The notes beneath the pieces are model-generated. The model was not told the origin of the DNA. It did not search any database and was given only the letters and a program-made list of their open reading frames with translations. Position numbers and translations under genes: made by a program. Source: Clostridiales bacterium (GTDB taxonomy: Bacteria; Bacillota; Clostridia; Christensenellales; JAISNN01). Taken from it: DNA of 64,000 nt. Location: positions 2,502 through 66,501 of the forward strand of contig JAITOU010000042.1 in NCBI GenBank assembly GCA_031289755.1, in the 5' to 3' direction. Shown piece after piece: positions 44,827 through 54,949 of this stretch (its first letter is position 1; each line of letters opens with the position of its first letter).

Positions 44827-47800
44827 TTACATCCAAAGCCATCCGAAGCCGAAAATGAGCGTTATCCAATTCCAGAAGGTGTATTCCACCGTAACCGAAC
44901 AGCTTATCGTCAGACCGTTTGAATCGGTCGCGTAGACGGTAGCCGTTCCTTTCTTTAAGGCGGTTATTTTGCCGTTTGCGTCGACGGTGAAGATTTTTGA
45001 GTCGCCCGAACGGTAGCTCACTATCGTTACGCCTTCTTCAAGTTCAATCGAGAGCGTCGTCGTTTCTTTGTATTTCAGCGTGATATTATCTAACGTCGGG
45101 ATTTTAGGCGCGATAGGCTCTTCAGGCACTAAGGCAAGTACGTCGTAAGCCGCCGAAACGTCGTCTGCCGCCGCTAATAATTGAGCGACCGTCGCGTCGC
45201 CGTCATCGTATACGGCATAGGCGTTCGAGATAACGTTCTGATAGCTTATCCAGCTTTCGCTTGTGTAGTCGGAGCTTATAAGGGTCGGCAGAGCGTTCAG
45301 TGCGTCTAAAAGACGCGTCCGCGCTACCGATAGATTGGTAATCAATACGTCCTGCGCGCCGTCCAGAGCGTCAATGGCGGCTTCTAATTGGGCTAAGGTC
45401 GAGCCGGCGTCGTCGTAGACGGCTTGCGCCGCTTCGATAACCGTACGGTAGGCAGTCCAACTGTCGTTTGTATAATCGGTATTTGTAAGGGCAGGGATAG
45501 CGTTCAAAGCGTCTAAGAGAGCCGCTTGCGCTACCGAGATTTTTGTCACCAAAACGTCTTGCGCATTGGTCAGCGAGTCGGTCGCCGTATCTAACTGAGA
45601 TACGGTAGCCGCGCTATCGTCATATACGTCTTGTGCGGCTTGGATAATAGCCAGATAGTCCGACAAGCTTTCGGCGGTGTAGTCGGCTTCGATAAGGGCA
45701 GGGAGAGCCGTCAAGGCGTCTAAGAGAGCGGCTTTTGCAGCAGCATAAATCTTTGTAACCAAAGCCGTATCGGCGGTGGTGAGAGATGTTATCGCGGCTT
45801 CTATTTGAGCTAAAACCGCACTGCCGTTGAGATATACGCTTTGGGCGTTTGAGATAATCGCCTGATAAGCCGTCCAGCTGTCGGCTGTGTAATCGGCTTC
45901 GGTAAGGGTCGGCATAGCCATCAACGCGTTTTGCAGGCGCACCTTAGCCGCATCTACCTTTTTTACCAAAACCGACGGCGCGGTGCCGAGAGCTACGGTA
46001 GCTGATTGATATTGAGTTATCGTTGCCGATTCGTTGGCAAGGAGATTCTGTGCGTTTGTGACAATCGCCATAAAAATAGCCCAGCTGTCGGGGGTGTGTT
46101 CGGAAGCTATAAAGGTAGGCAGAGCTTTCAGTGCGGCGTCGAGAGCCGCCTTTGCTTCCGCGAGTTTTTCGGACAATGTCACCAAAACGCTCTCGGCAGT
46201 TGTCAGTGAGTCGATAGCCGCTTGTAATTGAGATATATTTGAGCCGGCGTTGTTGTGAACCGTCCATGCGGCGGTGATAACGGCTTGATAGTTTGTCCAG
46301 CTTTCGCTTGTGTAGTCTGTGCCGTTAAGGGCAGGCAGGGCATTTAAGGCGGCTAAAAGAGCCGCACGCCGTCCTTCGACGGACGTTACCAAAACCGCTT
46401 GCGCAGAGCTTAGCGAAGCGGCAGCCGCTTCTAATTGAGTTAAGGTCGAACCCGCGTTGTCGTAGACGCTTTGAGCGTTTGCGATAATCGCAAGATAGGC
46501 GACCCAGCTTTCGGTCGTGTAGTCGGAGCTATTAAGGGTAGGCAAGCCGTTCAAGGCGGCTAAGAGTGCCGCTTTCGCGACGGATATTTTTGTCACCAAA
46601 ACGGTGTGGGCTGTGCTTAGAGAGAGCTTCGCCGCTTCTAATTGAGCGATATTCGAGCCGCCGTTGTCGTAGACGCTTTGCGCGCTTGCGATAATGCCTT
46701 GATATGCCGCCCAGCTCTCCGTCGTGTAGTCGGAGCTATTAAGGGTAGGCAAGCCGTTCAAGGCGGCTAAGAGAGCCGCTTTCGCGACCGATAGATTTGT
46801 CACCAAAACTGCGTTTGCAGAGCCGAGCGAGTCGGTCGCCGCGTGTAATTGAGCAGGAGTGGACAAGGCGTTGTTGTAGACTGCCCATGCGCTTGCGATA
46901 ACGGCTTGATAGGCCGTCCAGCTATCGGCGGTGTAGTCGGAGCTTGTAAGCGTCGGCAGAGCGTTCAAGGCGTCTAAGAGAGCCGTTCGCGCTCCGTGGT
47001 CTTCGATTACAAGAACCGATTGGGAGTTTTGCACCGCCGTAGCGGCGGTAGTAATCTCAGCCGCCGTAATGCTTGCCAAGCTTCCGTCGGACGCAAAGGC
47101 GTTTGCACGCGTCAGGACGCTTTGTGCGTCGGTAAGAATCGTTTGATATGCCGCCCAGCTTGCCGCCGTATAATTGGCTTCGACAGGAGCGGGGGATTGT
47201 GCGTTTAACGCGTTTGTGAGCGTTGTGCGGGCGGCGGTCAGAGAATTATACAAGGTTGTGTTAAACTCGTGCGCGCCTACGTCGACGGTATCCGTAAGGG
47301 GATTGCCGTAAAAATCTTGCGTGTGAGTATATTGCGCGACTCCGCCGCCGATTGCCGCCGCCGTCGGCTTTAATTGGAAGTAGGCGGTACGCTGGCGGAA
47401 CAGAGCGACATACTCGTCGCCTACGCCCTTTGTTTCATAAGAAATAACCGGATTTGCGGCGTAGCCCGTAGGATTGACAAGGTGGTCGCCCGAAGTGAGA
47501 TTCTTAGAACCGCTGTAATTTGTCGGGTTTGTAAACGAGCCTAATATAAGATTGTTATAAAAATATCTGTTGCTTGTGGTAGACGAGCCGCTCGACTGAG
47601 ATGTAAGAACAACACTCTTGCTACCGTTATTCCAAATCGTATTATTATATACTTGAATATTACCCGTTCCTTGGTGAAAAATTTGTTGAAGAGGCGTTTT
47701 GCCCGAACCTTCGTCGCCGACATTCGTATCGTTGAACGCGTCGTTTGCACTGATGTTGTAACGGAAAATACAACCGCTGCTTGGGCCTGACGGGTCTGTC

Positions 47801-49041
47801 TTTTCGTGCATAATATTGACAAGTCCGCCGTTGTTATTATGGCTGAAATTGTACTCGAAGATAGTGTCCGTCACGTTATTGTCAAAATCGAACGCCTCTC
47901 CGTCGTTATAGCCGTATTGAATCCCGTATACTTCATTGTAGCGGAATCTGACATTATTGCAGGATATTCCCCAAATACCGGCAAAATTTAAGTTTTCGCC
48001 AAACTGTGCAGGCGACCTGTTGGCGGCGTTTTTGACAATATTTCTCTCGCAAAGTCCGTTTGAGCCGACTTCGGATACGACGATTCCGTCACAAGGAACG
48101 TTCTCTATATAGTTGTCGCTAATCGTTACGTTTATATGCTTCTTTTGATTCATATACGCAAGTTCGCTTTTGGTGCTGTCGCTCTCTAAGTTATTGCCCG
48201 ATGTACGGATACCTACGTTTGCGACGTCGATTATTTTGTTGTTTGTGATGTAAAGACCGTCAAAGCCGATAGCTTGTGCCATTTTTGGCGCATGAGTAGC
48301 CGCCTCTCCGTTCCAACCGCGCGCCAGACCGGAACAAACTATTCCGCCCGAAGGCTTAGGGGAGCGCGATGTGAAAGCAACGTCATGTATATAGTTATCT
48401 CTGATTGTTATTCCGTAGGTTTTGAGCGTAGAACCCGACGATGTGGTCAATACGAGTATGCCGAGATTGACACGGCTCGCGGAGTTGTTGGTAAGCTCCA
48501 AATTTTCGATAGTCCAATAGCTCTGGTCCTGCAAAAGCACGACGGGATTGTGGTACATCCACGAAACGAGAGCGGCGTCGTTCGCAAGGCCCATATTTGC
48601 TCCGCTCGGAAGGATACAAGTACCCGTCAAAGGGGTGGTTTTTGAAGTATTCGGTGAAGCCGAAGTGGAATTTATACGCGGATATACGTCGCCGCCGTAT
48701 TTACCTAAGGTAATCGGATTTGCCGCCGTTCCTTCGCCCTTAGGCCAAAGGAAGCCCGTCCATACGTCGCCCGATTTTAAAAGGATTTTGTCGCCCGGCT
48801 GAAAGGTCGTACCGTTGACCTTAGCGAGAGTAGCCCAAGCCGCGCCCGTTGACTTTCCGTCGTTAGAGTCGCTGCCCGACGTGCTGACGTAGTATGTAGT
48901 GCCGACTTCTTCGGCGGAGCTGACGGACAGGTCTTTCGATTTTACAACCGAAACTCCGTATAAGCCCAAGCCCGCAATAAAGAAACACATTAAAAACACA
49001 ATTATTTTTTGCAACGTGAAATTTTTGTTCATTTTTTTCAT
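44827..49041 (-). CDS. Secreted giant protein: parallel beta-helix region, 10 FIVAR-like repeats, Big_2 domain and a Trp-rich hydrophobic C-terminus
   Basis: Signal/TM FTLQKIIVFLMCFFIAGLGLYG. Beta-helix-type NN/ND-rich repeats. 10 x ~70-aa units A(K/R)xALLxALNxLPTLxxxDYTxxSWxAYQ. Big_2-like ...FTVDANGKITALKKGTATVYAT. Confidence 0.75.
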   Translation of the reverse strand: MKKMNKNFTLQKIIVFLMCFFIAGLGLYGVSVVKSKDLSVSSAEEVGTTYYVSTSGSDSNDGKSTGAAWATLAKVNGTTFQPGDKILLKSGDVWTGFLWPKGEGTAANPITLGKYGGDVYPRINSTSASPNTSKTTPLTGTCILPSGANMGLANDAALVSWMYHNPVVLLQDQSYWTIENLELTNNSASRVNLGILVLTTSSGSTLKTYGITIRDNYIHDVAFTSRSPKPSGGIVCSGLARGWNGEAATHAPKMAQAIGFDGLYITNNKIIDVANVGIRTSGNNLESDSTKSELAYMNQKKHINVTISDNYIENVPCDGIVVSEVGSNGLCERNIVKNAANRSPAQFGENLNFAGIWGISCNNVRFRYNEVYGIQYGYNDGEAFDFDNNVTDTIFEYNFSHNNNGGLVNIMHEKTDPSGPSSGCIFRYNISANDAFNDTNVGDEGSGKTPLQQIFHQGTGNIQVYNNTIWNNGSKSVVLTSQSSGSSTTSNRYFYNNLILGSFTNPTNYSGSKNLTSGDHLVNPTGYAANPVISYETKGVGDEYVALFRQRTAYFQLKPTAAAIGGGVAQYTHTQDFYGNPLTDTVDVGAHEFNTTLYNSLTAARTTLTNALNAQSPAPVEANYTAASWAAYQTILTDAQSVLTRANAFASDGSLASITAAEITTAATAVQNSQSVLVIEDHGARTALLDALNALPTLTSSDYTADSWTAYQAVIASAWAVYNNALSTPAQLHAATDSLGSANAVLVTNLSVAKAALLAALNGLPTLNSSDYTTESWAAYQGIIASAQSVYDNGGSNIAQLEAAKLSLSTAHTVLVTKISVAKAALLAALNGLPTLNSSDYTTESWVAYLAIIANAQSVYDNAGSTLTQLEAAAASLSSAQAVLVTSVEGRRAALLAALNALPALNGTDYTSESWTNYQAVITAAWTVHNNAGSNISQLQAAIDSLTTAESVLVTLSEKLAEAKAALDAALKALPTFIASEHTPDSWAIFMAIVTNAQNLLANESATITQYQSATVALGTAPSVLVKKVDAAKVRLQNALMAMPTLTEADYTADSWTAYQAIISNAQSVYLNGSAVLAQIEAAITSLTTADTALVTKIYAAAKAALLDALTALPALIEADYTAESLSDYLAIIQAAQDVYDDSAATVSQLDTATDSLTNAQDVLVTKISVAQAALLDALNAIPALTNTDYTNDSWTAYRTVIEAAQAVYDDAGSTLAQLEAAIDALDGAQDVLITNLSVARTRLLDALNALPTLISSDYTSESWISYQNVISNAYAVYDDGDATVAQLLAAADDVSAAYDVLALVPEEPIAPKIPTLDNITLKYKETTTLSIELEEGVTIVSYRSGDSKIFTVDANGKITALKKGTATVYATDSNGLTISCSVTVEYTFWNWITLIFGFGWLWM
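45140..47240 (-). repeat. ~210-bp-period DNA repeats encoding the FIVAR-like units
   Basis: Recurrent ...gtagtcggagct(a/t)ttaagggtaggcaagccgttcaaggcggctaagag... blocks. Bounds are approximate. Confidence 0.8.
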
Positions 49042-49258
49042 TCTTTTTACCGTCTTTCTATTTTTTTTTGGGGTGAACGGACACTACACATATGCAAGCC
49101 GCATTTATAAAGAACGCGCAACGCACCAAAATACCCTATTATCATTATCGACCCAAAAACCCCAAAAGTCAATAGCAAAACGAAAAAAAGTTTAAAATAA
49201 TTAAAACGCCGCAAAGCCTAAATAAAGGCATTTTAACGAAAAGACATTACCTATAATC

Positions 49259-49323
49259 GTAGGGGTGCCGCAAGCACGCGCCCGCACCTATTTAAAACGG
49301 GCGCAGTAAACGGCGCCCCTACG
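49259..49323. repeat. Long GC-rich hairpin related to 31521-31585
   Basis: gtaggggtgccgc...cgggcg...ggcgcccctacgatt has the same termini and the same ...cccctacgatt 3' flank. Confidence 0.65.
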
Positions 49324-49403
49324 ATTCAATCGCAAGTCTATGCAAAATGTCAAGTTTTGACTTTACAGAGTAATATGGAAAATTAAATCAAAGAGCCGCC
49401 CCC

Positions 49404-50549
49404 TTATTTGGCGGCTCTAATGATTGCGTCTACTATCGTCGGATAGGTAAAGGTATTTGTGTTTCTGTCAAAAATTCCGTAGGCATTGTCGGCGGTATAG
49501 GTCAGGTTTGTGCCGTTATCCCACCAAAGGCAGGGGATATTGTATTTTTGGGCTTCCGTTACAAAATCATAGGCAAATTTTGCGCGTTCTTCCGTATTGT
49601 TTTTGTCGTATGCGGCAAATTCGTCAAAAATGACGGGAACGCCTTTTTGAATAAATAATTTATCGATAAGGGCAAATTTCTTTTCCAATTCCTTTTTGTG
49701 CTTTGCCGTCCATACAGTCGTACCCATATCGTAGTCTGTCGAGAAAGCGCGCGGAATGTAGGAGTGAAAGGCGGCGATTAAACGACCGTCATTCGGAACG
49801 GTCAAGCCGTTTACAGCTATTTTTTCGATAGACGCGGCGTAGGACGGAACGATGAGATAGCGCGAAGGATTGTTGCCGCCGGACGCTCTCACCGTATCGA
49901 CAAATTTTTGATTTAAACGGTTGACTGCGCCGCGAGCCGAAACCGTACCGCCCGACCATTCGGTCAGACTGCCCGTGACACGCGGTTCGTTAAAGGCCTC
50001 GAATATCAAATGTTCGTCATAATCCTTAAATTCTTCGGCTATCTGTCCCCAGAGAGCCTTGTATTCTAAGGCGGTGGCGGCTTCGTGTTTTTTGTCGGGT
50101 ATGTACCAATAATAGTCGTCGTGGTGCATATTGATTATGACGTACATACCTTCGTCTATAAAATAATCGACGACTTCGCGCACACGTCCGAGCCATGCGG
50201 CTTGTATTGTATAATCGGGGGCCGCGCCGATATGCTGCGCCCACGTCACCGGTATTCTCACTATGCCGAAGCCTGCGGAGCTTAGGGCGGCGGCGGTCTG
50301 AGCCGTCACCTTTGCGTTGCCCCAGCCCGTTTCAAATTCAAAGCCGTTATCGGCGTCGCCGAAGGCTTCGAGAGCGTTGCCGAGATTCATTCCGACACCG
50401 AGCTTAGAGACAAATTCAAAAGCGTCGCCGTTTAAGCGCGTCTTTGCCGTCGGGAAACCGACGACGACAAAAAACGCCGCAGACGAAAAGGCAACGACCG
50501 CCAAAAGAAACGAGATAAAAATACGTTTAATAAGCCGACCTTTCTTCAT
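49404..50549 (-). CDS. Glycoside hydrolase family 5 (endoglucanase/mannanase-like), secreted
   Basis: Signal peptide. GMNLGNALE, acid/base FEAFNEP, HSY, nucleophile region VIFDEFAA. Confidence 0.8.
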   Translation of the reverse strand: MKKGRLIKRIFISFLLAVVAFSSAAFFVVVGFPTAKTRLNGDAFEFVSKLGVGMNLGNALEAFGDADNGFEFETGWGNAKVTAQTAAALSSAGFGIVRIPVTWAQHIGAAPDYTIQAAWLGRVREVVDYFIDEGMYVIINMHHDDYYWYIPDKKHEAATALEYKALWGQIAEEFKDYDEHLIFEAFNEPRVTGSLTEWSGGTVSARGAVNRLNQKFVDTVRASGGNNPSRYLIVPSYAASIEKIAVNGLTVPNDGRLIAAFHSYIPRAFSTDYDMGTTVWTAKHKKELEKKFALIDKLFIQKGVPVIFDEFAAYDKNNTEERAKFAYDFVTEAQKYNIPCLWWDNGTNLTYTADNAYGIFDRNTNTFTYPTIVDAIIRAAK

Positions 50550-50774
50550 ATAAGACTCCCGTAGTATAAGATATCTATTTTGATAATTATTACATATATA
50601 ATATCACGACAATAAGATAAAGACAATAGCTTACGGTCAAGTTTGTTGACTTAAATAGAAAAATCTGTTATTCTTAAATAGCGGACTTGTCCGAATTTGG
50701 TCTATAACGGACACAGATGAGTCCGGCAACGCGTCAGGCGTTAATAAATTTTAAAAAATAAGGAGATTTGTATT

Positions 50775-50933
50775 ATGGAAAAATATATTTGTACGGTATG
50801 CGGATATGTATACGATGAGAAAACGGGCGACCCCGACAACGGTATCGCTCCGGGAACGCTTTGGAAAGACGTCCCCGAAGATTATGTCTGCTCGCTTTGC
50901 GGCGCGGGCAAGAACGAATTTGAGATAATGTAA
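50775..50933 (+). CDS. Rubredoxin (52 aa; absent from the supplied ORF track)
   Basis: [52 protein letters not shown] has two CxxCG knuckles. RBS AAGGAG lies 7 nt upstream. Confidence 0.9.
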   Translation: MEKYICTVCGYVYDEKTGDPDNGIAPGTLWKDVPEDYVCSLCGAGKNEFEIM

Positions 50934-51063
50934 CGGAAAGAACGGAAAGAGCAGAGAACGTTCGCCGTCTTTACGCAGTGTCTTACATTATGGGACACAG
51001 CTTAAAATTTCATCTTCTTATGCGCGGTGTTTGTCTGAATAGTTCCGTTAAAGGTAGTTGTAT

Positions 51064-52269
51064 ATGCCGAATAAAAAAATAAAGGACGGATTGTATTCCG
51101 TCGGTATTCTCAATCCTAATATGCGCGTTTTTGATATCGTCATGAAAACCGAGTGGGGAACGTCGTATAATTCATATATTGTCAAAGCGGAAAAAACCGC
51201 TTTAATCGAGACCTGCCACCATAGATTTTTTAAGGAATATTCGCAGAATATCTCCGAAGTGACCGACCCCGACGGTATCGATTATATCATTCTCAATCAC
51301 ACCGAGCCTGACCACAGCGGCGCGTTAGAACGCCTTGTCAAGCTTTGCAGGCACGCAGAAATAGTCTGCTCGCGTGCGGCTTCGATATATCTCAAAGCCA
51401 TTACAAACGACCCCGAACGCGCCTTTAAGGTCGTCAAGGACGGCGATACGCTCTCTTTGGGTTCGATAGATTTGAAGTTTGTTTCAGCTCCGTTTTTGCA
51501 TTGGCCCGACACGATGTTCACTTACGCTCCGCAGCTCAAAACGGTCTTTACCTGCGATTTTCTCGGCGCGCATTTTTGCGAGCCGAATATGATTGACTCC
51601 GATATATCCTATCCGGAGAAATATAAGTCGGCTCTTAAAGGATATTACGACGATATTTTCTCGCCCTTTACACGCTATGTCCGCGACGGTCTTGTCAAGC
51701 TCAAAGGGCTTGATTTTGATACGGTATGCGTCAGTCACGGACCGATATTGACAAATAAAACCTTTCTCGGATACGCGCTGAAAAGCTATGCCGAATGGAG
51801 CGCGGAGCAACCGAAGACGACGCTCAATCTCCCCGTCTTTTATTGCAGCGCCTACGGCTATACGCGCAAGTTGGCTGACGCCGCCGTCGAAGAAATCAAG
51901 GCGGCATTTAAAGACGCCGATACGGCGGCTTACGACATCATAGAGAACGACGTCGACGCTCTCGCCGACATATTGAACGAATCGGACGGCTTTATGATAG
52001 GCTCGCCCACTCTCAACCGCGACGCCGTTCGTCCCGTCTGGGAGCTGCTGGCGCGCTTAGACGCCATAAATTCGCAAAAAAAACCTGCGGCGGTATTCGG
52101 CTCTTACGGTTGGAGCGGCGAAGCCGTGTCCGCCGTCACGGCAAGGTTAAACGCCGTCAATATAAGAACGACAGGCGACGGCTTCAAAATCAATTTTAAT
52201 CCGTCCGCCGCCGAATTGCTTGAAATGAAAAAATTTACCGCATCGTTTTTGGATAATTTTAAAAAATGA
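51064..52269 (+). CDS. Flavodiiron protein (FprA-type: MBL-fold diiron domain plus flavodoxin domain)
   Basis: LNHTEPDHSGAL diiron motif. C-terminal flavodoxin-like YCSAYGYTRKLA...GSPTLN...FGSYGWSGEA. Confidence 0.85.
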   Translation: MPNKKIKDGLYSVGILNPNMRVFDIVMKTEWGTSYNSYIVKAEKTALIETCHHRFFKEYSQNISEVTDPDGIDYIILNHTEPDHSGALERLVKLCRHAEIVCSRAASIYLKAITNDPERAFKVVKDGDTLSLGSIDLKFVSAPFLHWPDTMFTYAPQLKTVFTCDFLGAHFCEPNMIDSDISYPEKYKSALKGYYDDIFSPFTRYVRDGLVKLKGLDFDTVCVSHGPILTNKTFLGYALKSYAEWSAEQPKTTLNLPVFYCSAYGYTRKLADAAVEEIKAAFKDADTAAYDIIENDVDALADILNESDGFMIGSPTLNRDAVRPVWELLARLDAINSQKKPAAVFGSYGWSGEAVSAVTARLNAVNIRTTGDGFKINFNPSAAELLEMKKFTASFLDNFKK

Positions 52270-52451
52270 GAAAGGCGGTAGGTAAGTAGAATAAGAAAAA
52301 AACAAACTGTATTTTATACGGTTTATTTTTTTGACGGATTTTGCCGAAACGTATTTACAACGGCTTAGAATTATGGTATATTATCGGTAATAAAAAGGTT
52401 TTTTTATTTACCGTGCAAAAAGCGGTAATGCGAAGGACGGGGGAGCGGAGT

Positions 52452-53633
52452 ATGCCTGTAACTGTGACAAGAAGGGGATTCGGGTCGAGAGTACTCGATT
52501 CTTTTGTGGCGGCGTTGATAGGTTTTCTGTTGATACCGGGGGCTTTTGTGATGTTTTTTATCAACGAAGGCTCGGTAGATTTGAGCAAAGCCGCCGCAGG
52601 CGCGGCGTTGTATGACGGCGCGAACGCATCGGGTTCGCTTGTATATACGGTCGGGGATTTGACGGCGGACGACGTTTTGACCGATAAAGCGAACGTTTTG
52701 ACGGGCAAAAAACGCCTGAGCTTGACGGCGGTAGCCGAAACGTTTGTTTGGGTTGAAACAACGTACACTTCGGAAGACAGCAACGGCGATACGCGTACGG
52801 AATATACTTATAATAAAGAATGGACGGCTTATCCCGCGGACTCGTCGCATTTTCAATACAATCATGACGACAACGGAGAAACGGTAATTAATCCCGACGT
52901 CGACGTATTGAAGAACGTTTTAAATAAATACGTTACCGTAAAATATTCTTCCGCGTCCGTCAACGGCTTGGTTATAGCCGCAAGCGACGTTGCTAAGCTC
53001 GGATTGAGAGATTCTAACGTGGCGTTAAACGCGGAGACGGTTTCGGCGGCGTACGCGGCTAATATCGGTAACGGCAACGTTTCTTTTTCGGCAAACAGCG
53101 GATATACGGATAAGGTGTATTGGAGCTACGGTCCGGAGCTGGGCGACGTACGCGTTACTTTTTATGAGGTTGACGGGGTGCAGACGGGTTTGGTGATAGG
53201 CAGTCTCGAAAACGGCTCGATAAAGGCGTATACCGCTACACGAAAAACGACCTTTGGAACGAGAACGGCGTCGCTCATAAGATATTTGGCGACGGAAAGC
53301 CTTGACGAAGCCGTTTCTATACTCAAAACGGAATACAAAACTCAGCTTTGGTTATTCCGAATAATCGGCACGATACTCGTATATATAGGCTTTTTGCTGT
53401 TGTTACAGCCGCTCACTGCGCTTCTCGGCTTTATTCCTTTTGTCGGGAGATTTTCAAGGGGAATTTTGGCTATTGTGTTTTTGCCCGTATCGGTCGCGAT
53501 TTCGGCGGCGGTTATACTTCTCGCCGCGCTGGTAAATAATATCGTGACCTTTATAGCGCTTATGGCGGCGATTGCGTTGCTGTTTGTGCTGTTGATATCC
53601 AAGAAAAAACGCGCCGCCGCAGAAGCGGCATAA
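52452..53633 (+). CDS. TMEM43/DUF1625-family membrane protein
   Basis: GGGGGAG RBS before the ATG at 52452. N-terminal TM followed by FFINEGS, a long extracytoplasmic region and 3 C-terminal TM helices. Confidence 0.55.
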   Translation: MPVTVTRRGFGSRVLDSFVAALIGFLLIPGAFVMFFINEGSVDLSKAAAGAALYDGANASGSLVYTVGDLTADDVLTDKANVLTGKKRLSLTAVAETFVWVETTYTSEDSNGDTRTEYTYNKEWTAYPADSSHFQYNHDDNGETVINPDVDVLKNVLNKYVTVKYSSASVNGLVIAASDVAKLGLRDSNVALNAETVSAAYAANIGNGNVSFSANSGYTDKVYWSYGPELGDVRVTFYEVDGVQTGLVIGSLENGSIKAYTATRKTTFGTRTASLIRYLATESLDEAVSILKTEYKTQLWLFRIIGTILVYIGFLLLLQPLTALLGFIPFVGRFSRGILAIVFLPVSVAISAAVILLAALVNNIVTFIALMAAIALLFVLLISKKKRAAAEAA

Positions 53634-53668
53634 GAGAGCTTTTATTCATTAAAAATAATTTTGTAGAT

Positions 53669-53829
53669 TAGACTTGTACCCTAACTTAGACGGCGGCATC
53701 TCTTTCGTCTTTTCGTGTTATACATTGTTGCATTTTCCTAATGTAGCTCTGCTACACGTCGTCAAATGCGCCTCGTCTAACCCAAAAAACCGAAAAATCT
53801 GCCGCCGTCTAAGTTAGGGTACAAGTCTA
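53669..53829 (+). mobile_element. TA-flanked long-hairpin MITE-like element, copy 3
   Basis: Perfect 30-bp terminal inverted repeats tagacttgtaccctaacttagacggcggca. Conserved core ...gtagctctgctacacgtcgtcaaatgcgcc. An extra tagat lies at 53664. Confidence 0.7.
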
Positions 53830-53902
53830 TTAAAAAAACGGCGTTGACGCGCATTACTTATATAAGAGTAACCGCGTTGACGCTTTTTTGTTTTGCGGTG
53901 TA

Positions 53903-54673
53903 TCACATTCCCACGGACGCAAATGTCAATTCTACAAGCTTGCCGTATGAGCCGGCTTTTTCGACGATTTCGTTTGTGATTACCGAACCGCGTCTTATTA
54001 TGATGTCGTTTTTGATATTGCGTATGTCGTCGCCGACGGTGCGTCCGAGCAAAAAGGTATAGTCGCTGATAATTTTTTTGGGATATTTGGCGTAGTAACG
54101 GGACGGACTCTCACCGTTTGCGGTCGGGCAGGGCGTTTCTGCGGCTGCGCCGAAAGATGGAAGCTTGATGTCTTTCGGCGGTCTTTTTTTGCCGTCTGAG
54201 ATATACAGCGCGGATTTTTTGAGAGCGGCTTTTGCTACTATTACGTCCTTTGAAAGGCTTATGATTTTTTGTATGCCGAAAGGGCGGTCGTATACGAGCT
54301 TTGTGACGGCAAAAGAACGACCGAAGCATATATCTATGAGATAGCCGTACATCAATCCGTTGATGTTAAAAACAGGAGTGCCGAGCGGAGCGTCGATACA
54401 GGCTTCATCGGGTGGGCGTTCGATGACGGCAAGACCTTCGGTGACGAGAGCGTCTTTAAAGGAGCTTATACAGGACGGGCGTATGTAGACGAGCTTTTCT
54501 TCGCGCAAACCGTTCTCCGATACGGCGACGGTGCTGAGCTTGAATGCCGCGATTTCTTTTAGGTCGCGTGTGACGACGCCGCCCGACAAGACGCCTTCGT
54601 ACTTTGCATTCAGAGAATTTATTACTTTTTTTCCGCAAATCTCGTTTAATAACATTTTTAAACCCCTTTTCAA
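53903..54673 (-). CDS. Hypothetical protein, possible PRC-barrel-like N-terminal domain
   Basis: Long ORF. LNEICGKKVINSLNAKYEGVLSGGVVTRDLKEIAAFKL resembles a PRC-barrel pattern. Function is unknown. Confidence 0.4.
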   Translation of the reverse strand: MKRGLKMLLNEICGKKVINSLNAKYEGVLSGGVVTRDLKEIAAFKLSTVAVSENGLREEKLVYIRPSCISSFKDALVTEGLAVIERPPDEACIDAPLGTPVFNINGLMYGYLIDICFGRSFAVTKLVYDRPFGIQKIISLSKDVIVAKAALKKSALYISDGKKRPPKDIKLPSFGAAAETPCPTANGESPSRYYAKYPKKIISDYTFLLGRTVGDDIRNIKNDIIIRRGSVITNEIVEKAGSYGKLVELTFASVGM

Positions 54674-54949
54674 ACTGACGTATTTTCAATCGGAATACAT
54701 AATATTTTATGACGGCGATAGCCGCAAAATTCAAAAAAAATAAACGGCGTTCAAAAAAAGTTTTAGTCAATTCCTTAGCGTCAAAAACAGCGCGTCAAAA
54801 AGAAATTCACATAACAAATAAGATGAAAATGAATGGCTCAAAAACGGCAAAAATGCTCTCCGTTCGGAATAAATTCCGTAAAAAACGCCGCTTTTTGCGA
54901 GAGAAAAGCGTGATTAAAAAAAAACGGTGTCATATATTATTACAGACGG

